This document shows, piece by piece, positions 61,163 through 64,000 of a DNA stretch of 64,000 bases. Source of the DNA: Prolixibacteraceae bacterium (GTDB lineage: Bacteria; Bacteroidota; Bacteroidia; Bacteroidales; Prolixibacteraceae). Position numbers and translations under genes: made by a program. The stretch is from assembly GCA_035353695.1 (NCBI GenBank), contig DAOQAB010000005.1, positions 6,114 through 70,113 of the forward strand. Direction: 5' to 3'. The notes under the pieces were generated by a model that was not told the origin of the DNA, did not search any database, and saw only the letters and a list, made by a program, of their open reading frames with translations. Each line of letters opens with the position of its first letter. Within the stretch, counting starts at the first letter, position 1.

Positions 61163-64000
61163 ATGAGAAAAAATCTTCTTCTGAGTTTACTCGTTCTTTT
61201 TATGGTAAGCTCATGTAATCCAAAAACCCAAAAGTATCAAACTTCACAGAAAACCGATTCCAACGGTTATGCTTATGAGGAAGTGAAAAATGACCCGCTG
61301 AAGGCCAGGATTTATACCCTGAAAAATGGCCTTAAAGTCTATCTGTCTCCCAATTCCGATGAGCCCAGGGTTACCTGCCTTGTGGGTGTTCGGGCTGGTT
61401 CTACTTCAGAGCCCAAAGAAACAACCGGATTGGCACACTACTTTGAACACATGATGTTTAAAGGTACAAAACGATTAGGAACTGTAAACTGGGATGAAGA
61501 AAGTAAATTGATCGGCCAGATTGAACAGCTTTATGAAAAGTACAGGGCAACCAACAATCCGGCAGAAAAGAAGAAAATCTACAAGGAAATTGACCGTATC
61601 TCGCAGGAGGCGGCAAAGTACGTGGCAACCAACGAATACGACAAGCTGATGTCGTCGATTGGTGCAAAAAATACCAATGCCGGTACCGATTATGAATCGA
61701 CGGTTTATATTAACGATGTGCCGGTAAATGAACTTGAACGTTGGGCAAAGGTTGAAAGCGAGCGGTTTCATGGTATTATACTCCGTTTATTTCATACGGA
61801 GCTTGAGACGGTTTACGAAGAATTCAACATGTATCAGGACATGGATTCCCAGCGTTCTTTCCAGAAAATGATGGCGTTGCTCTTCCCTACACATCCTTAT
61901 GGCAGAGATATTATTGGATATCCCGAACACCTGAAGAATCCTTCAATGATCAATATCCAGAAGTTTTTCGATACGTTTTATGTTCCGAACAACATGGCGG
62001 TTGCCCTTTCGGGCGATATTCAGTTTGAACCGACAATTAAACTGATTGATCAATATTTTGGGGATTTGAATCCCAAAGAGCTGCCAAAAATCGAGAATCC
62101 CAAAGAAGAGCCTGTTAAGAAAGATGTTGAAGCCGAGGTGGTTGGGCCAGAGCCGGAGAATGTTTCGGTGGCCGTTCGCGTGGGGGGAATTGGATCTTCC
62201 GATCAGCCATACATGACGATCATCAACAAGCTTTTGAGCAATAGCCAGGCCGGATTGATTGACCTTGACCTGGTACAAAAGCAGAAAGTTTTGAAGGCAG
62301 GTTCATATTATTATCCTTTACGGGAATATGGTATTCAGGTATTGGAGGGCACTCCGTTGCAAGGCCAGTCGTTGGAAGAAGTTAAAAACCTCCTTATTTC
62401 TGAAGTCAATAAAATTAAAGCCGGTGATTTTGACGAGTGGCTTATCAAAGCGGTAATTAATGATATCAAGCTGTCGAAGATCCGGCTGGAAGAACGCAAT
62501 GCAGGGCGTGCATACGAGATGATGGACGAATTTGTTTCAGGTCAGACCCATGAGCAGGCTTTGTGTTTTACCGACTCTCTGGAGAAAATTACCAAAGATG
62601 GGATCATCCGGTTTGCAAACGAGAAGTTTGGCAACGATTATGTGGTTGTTTATAAAAAGCAGGGGGCAAATACCAGTCTGGTTAAAGTCGAAAAACCAGC
62701 CATCACAGCGGTGCCCGTAAATCGTGATCTTGAGTCTGACTTTGCAAAAGAATTCAAGGCCATGAAAAGCACTGATGTTGCACCTGTTTTTGTCAACTTC
62801 AATGAAAAAATTTCAAAAGAGAACATTGAGGACGGATGTGATTTCTATTATATCAGGAACGAAACAAACGATCTTTTCTCATTGCAATACATTGTTGACA
62901 TGGGAAGCTGGAATAATCTGAAGTTTGATCTGGCTGTCGGGTATCTCAAATTTATTGGAACCGACCAATACAGTGCATCCGATTTTCAGAAAGAATTGTA
63001 TAAGTACGGGCTCGATCTTTCGGTGGCAGCCGACAATGAACGTTCGTATGTGACGATCAGTGGATTGAACAGTTCGTACAGCAAGGGCGTGGAGTTGCTC
63101 GAACATTTGTTGTCTCATGCCAAGGCCGATCCTAAGGCCTATACCGATTATGTGGCCCGAATATTGAAAGACCGGCTCGACCAGAAATCGGATCAAAATG
63201 CCATTTTGTGGGATGCAATGTACTATTACGGCATGTATGGGAAGGATAATCCGAAGAAATATCTTTTGACAGAAGCCGAACTAAAGGCAATCAACCCGGA
63301 AGAACTGGTGTCACTGATAAAAGGACTGACCAGTTTCAAACACAAGGTTTTTTATTATGGCCCGTCGGAAATGAGTACAGTTAAAGAGACTATCAAAAAA
63401 GATCATCAGATACCGGCGCAACTGGCCGATGTTCCAGCTACTAGAAAGTTTGAACAGGTGAAGTATGCCAAAAGCAAGGTCTATGTGGTCGATTACGACA
63501 TTAACCAGGCAAATATCCTGTTGCTTTCCAACGGTGAAAAATTTTCGAAAGATTTGATCCCTGCAGCACGAATCTACAACGAGTATTATGGAAGTGGCTT
63601 ATCGTCGGTGGTATTTCAGGAGATCAGAGAGTCGAAGGCGCTGGCTTATTCTGCTTTTTCGGGTTATTCCATCGCTTCGAAACCCGATCGGTTGAATTGT
63701 CTGGTTGGTTATCTGGGGACACAGGCTGATAAATTGCCCATCGCAACCGAAACACTTATCAAACTGATGAACGATATGCCAAAAGCAAAAACACAGTATG
63801 ATGGGGCACGCGAAGCAATTGTGAAAAAGATCAATTCGGAGAGGATTACCAAAGACCGGATTTTCTGGACATGGCTCAGCAACATGGATCGCGGAATCGA
63901 TTACGATATTCGGAAAGATGTTTATGAAGCAGCCAAAAACATGAGCATTGACGATTTTGAAAAATTCTTCAATACACAGATCAAAGGGCAGAAATTTAAT
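61163..64000 (+). CDS. M16 (pitrilysin/insulinase) family zinc peptidase lipoprotein, C-terminus off the right edge
   Basis: It starts MRKNLLLSLLVLFMVSSC (lipobox) and has the inverted zincin motif HYFEHMMFKGT. The frame stays open for 946 codons to the window end. It is missing from the ORF track because it has no stop codon. Confidence 0.85.
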   Translation, partial: MRKNLLLSLLVLFMVSSCNPKTQKYQTSQKTDSNGYAYEEVKNDPLKARIYTLKNGLKVYLSPNSDEPRVTCLVGVRAGSTSEPKETTGLAHYFEHMMFKGTKRLGTVNWDEESKLIGQIEQLYEKYRATNNPAEKKKIYKEIDRISQEAAKYVATNEYDKLMSSIGAKNTNAGTDYESTVYINDVPVNELERWAKVESERFHGIILRLFHTELETVYEEFNMYQDMDSQRSFQKMMALLFPTHPYGRDIIGYPEHLKNPSMINIQKFFDTFYVPNNMAVALSGDIQFEPTIKLIDQYFGDLNPKELPKIENPKEEPVKKDVEAEVVGPEPENVSVAVRVGGIGSSDQPYMTIINKLLSNSQAGLIDLDLVQKQKVLKAGSYYYPLREYGIQVLEGTPLQGQSLEEVKNLLISEVNKIKAGDFDEWLIKAVINDIKLSKIRLEERNAGRAYEMMDEFVSGQTHEQALCFTDSLEKITKDGIIRFANEKFGNDYVVVYKKQGANTSLVKVEKPAITAVPVNRDLESDFAKEFKAMKSTDVAPVFVNFNEKISKENIEDGCDFYYIRNETNDLFSLQYIVDMGSWNNLKFDLAVGYLKFIGTDQYSASDFQKELYKYGLDLSVAADNERSYVTISGLNSSYSKGVELLEHLLSHAKADPKAYTDYVARILKDRLDQKSDQNAILWDAMYYYGMYGKDNPKKYLLTEAELKAINPEELVSLIKGLTSFKHKVFYYGPSEMSTVKETIKKDHQIPAQLADVPATRKFEQVKYAKSKVYVVDYDINQANILLLSNGEKFSKDLIPAARIYNEYYGSGLSSVVFQEIRESKALAYSAFSGYSIASKPDRLNCLVGYLGTQADKLPIATETLIKLMNDMPKAKTQYDGAREAIVKKINSERITKDRIFWTWLSNMDRGIDYDIRKDVYEAAKNMSIDDFEKFFNTQIKGQKFN

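Noticed and set aside
1-64000. Scanned all intergenic gaps over 100 bp for tRNA, rRNA, tmRNA, RNase P or SRP RNA signatures, CRISPR repeats, and IS, integrase or toxin-antitoxin genes.
   Set aside because: None were recognised. The only repeat-bearing gaps are those reported (53437-53709, 56374-56581, 46990-47136, 15118-15149, 37712-37748). A covariance-model scan could still find small RNAs that I cannot see by eye.

Overview
This window reads as a chromosomal segment of a Bacteroidota genome at roughly 40-45% GC. The phylum call rests on repeated SusC/SusD pairs, hybrid two-component regulators with AraC tails, T9SS C-terminal sorting domains and TAnnTTTG -7 promoter boxes. I support 36 protein-coding genes, two of them truncated by the window edges, plus one gene remnant.

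Layout:
- 1-2097: start of lysS and recJ.
- 2176-28996: a large polysaccharide utilisation locus (PUL). It has two tandem susC/susD pairs, small lipoproteins, and an enzyme block of GH30, GH43-type, GH2 and GH30 genes plus a non-catalytic binding protein. Three of its products carry T9SS C-terminal domains. A divergent hybrid two-component regulator (HTCS) sits at its far end.
- 29026-33730: a four-gene envelope operon (barrel, helix-hairpin-helix barrel, acyltransferase, HAD).
- 33936-35735: purE, hpt, adk.
- 35732-38119: an OmpR-type two-component system, divergent from a secreted Cys/Lys-rich mini-protein.
- 38213-41692: obg, a PAP2 phosphatase and a membrane MutS paralog.
- 41916-51273: a minimal HTCS-susC-susD module with no enzymes.
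- 51595-57088: parE, parC, aroK.
- 57146-60718: a 1190-aa T9SS cargo protein.
- 61163-64000: an M16 peptidase running off the window.

I found no rRNA, tRNA, CRISPR array, transposase, integrase or recognisable defence genes.

Most unusual signals:
- Two stem-bracketed elements made of inverted TACTG-core short tandem repeats lie directly after parE and after parC. The first carries a remnant of a four-helix-bundle (23S rRNA IVS protein family) gene.
- The TCS / CC-motif mini-protein module has four helically phased TAACA repeats in its shared promoter region.
- A ComEA-like HhH domain is fused to a large predicted outer-membrane barrel and is translationally coupled to a second barrel gene.

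All family calls come from motif recognition by eye. No searches were run.
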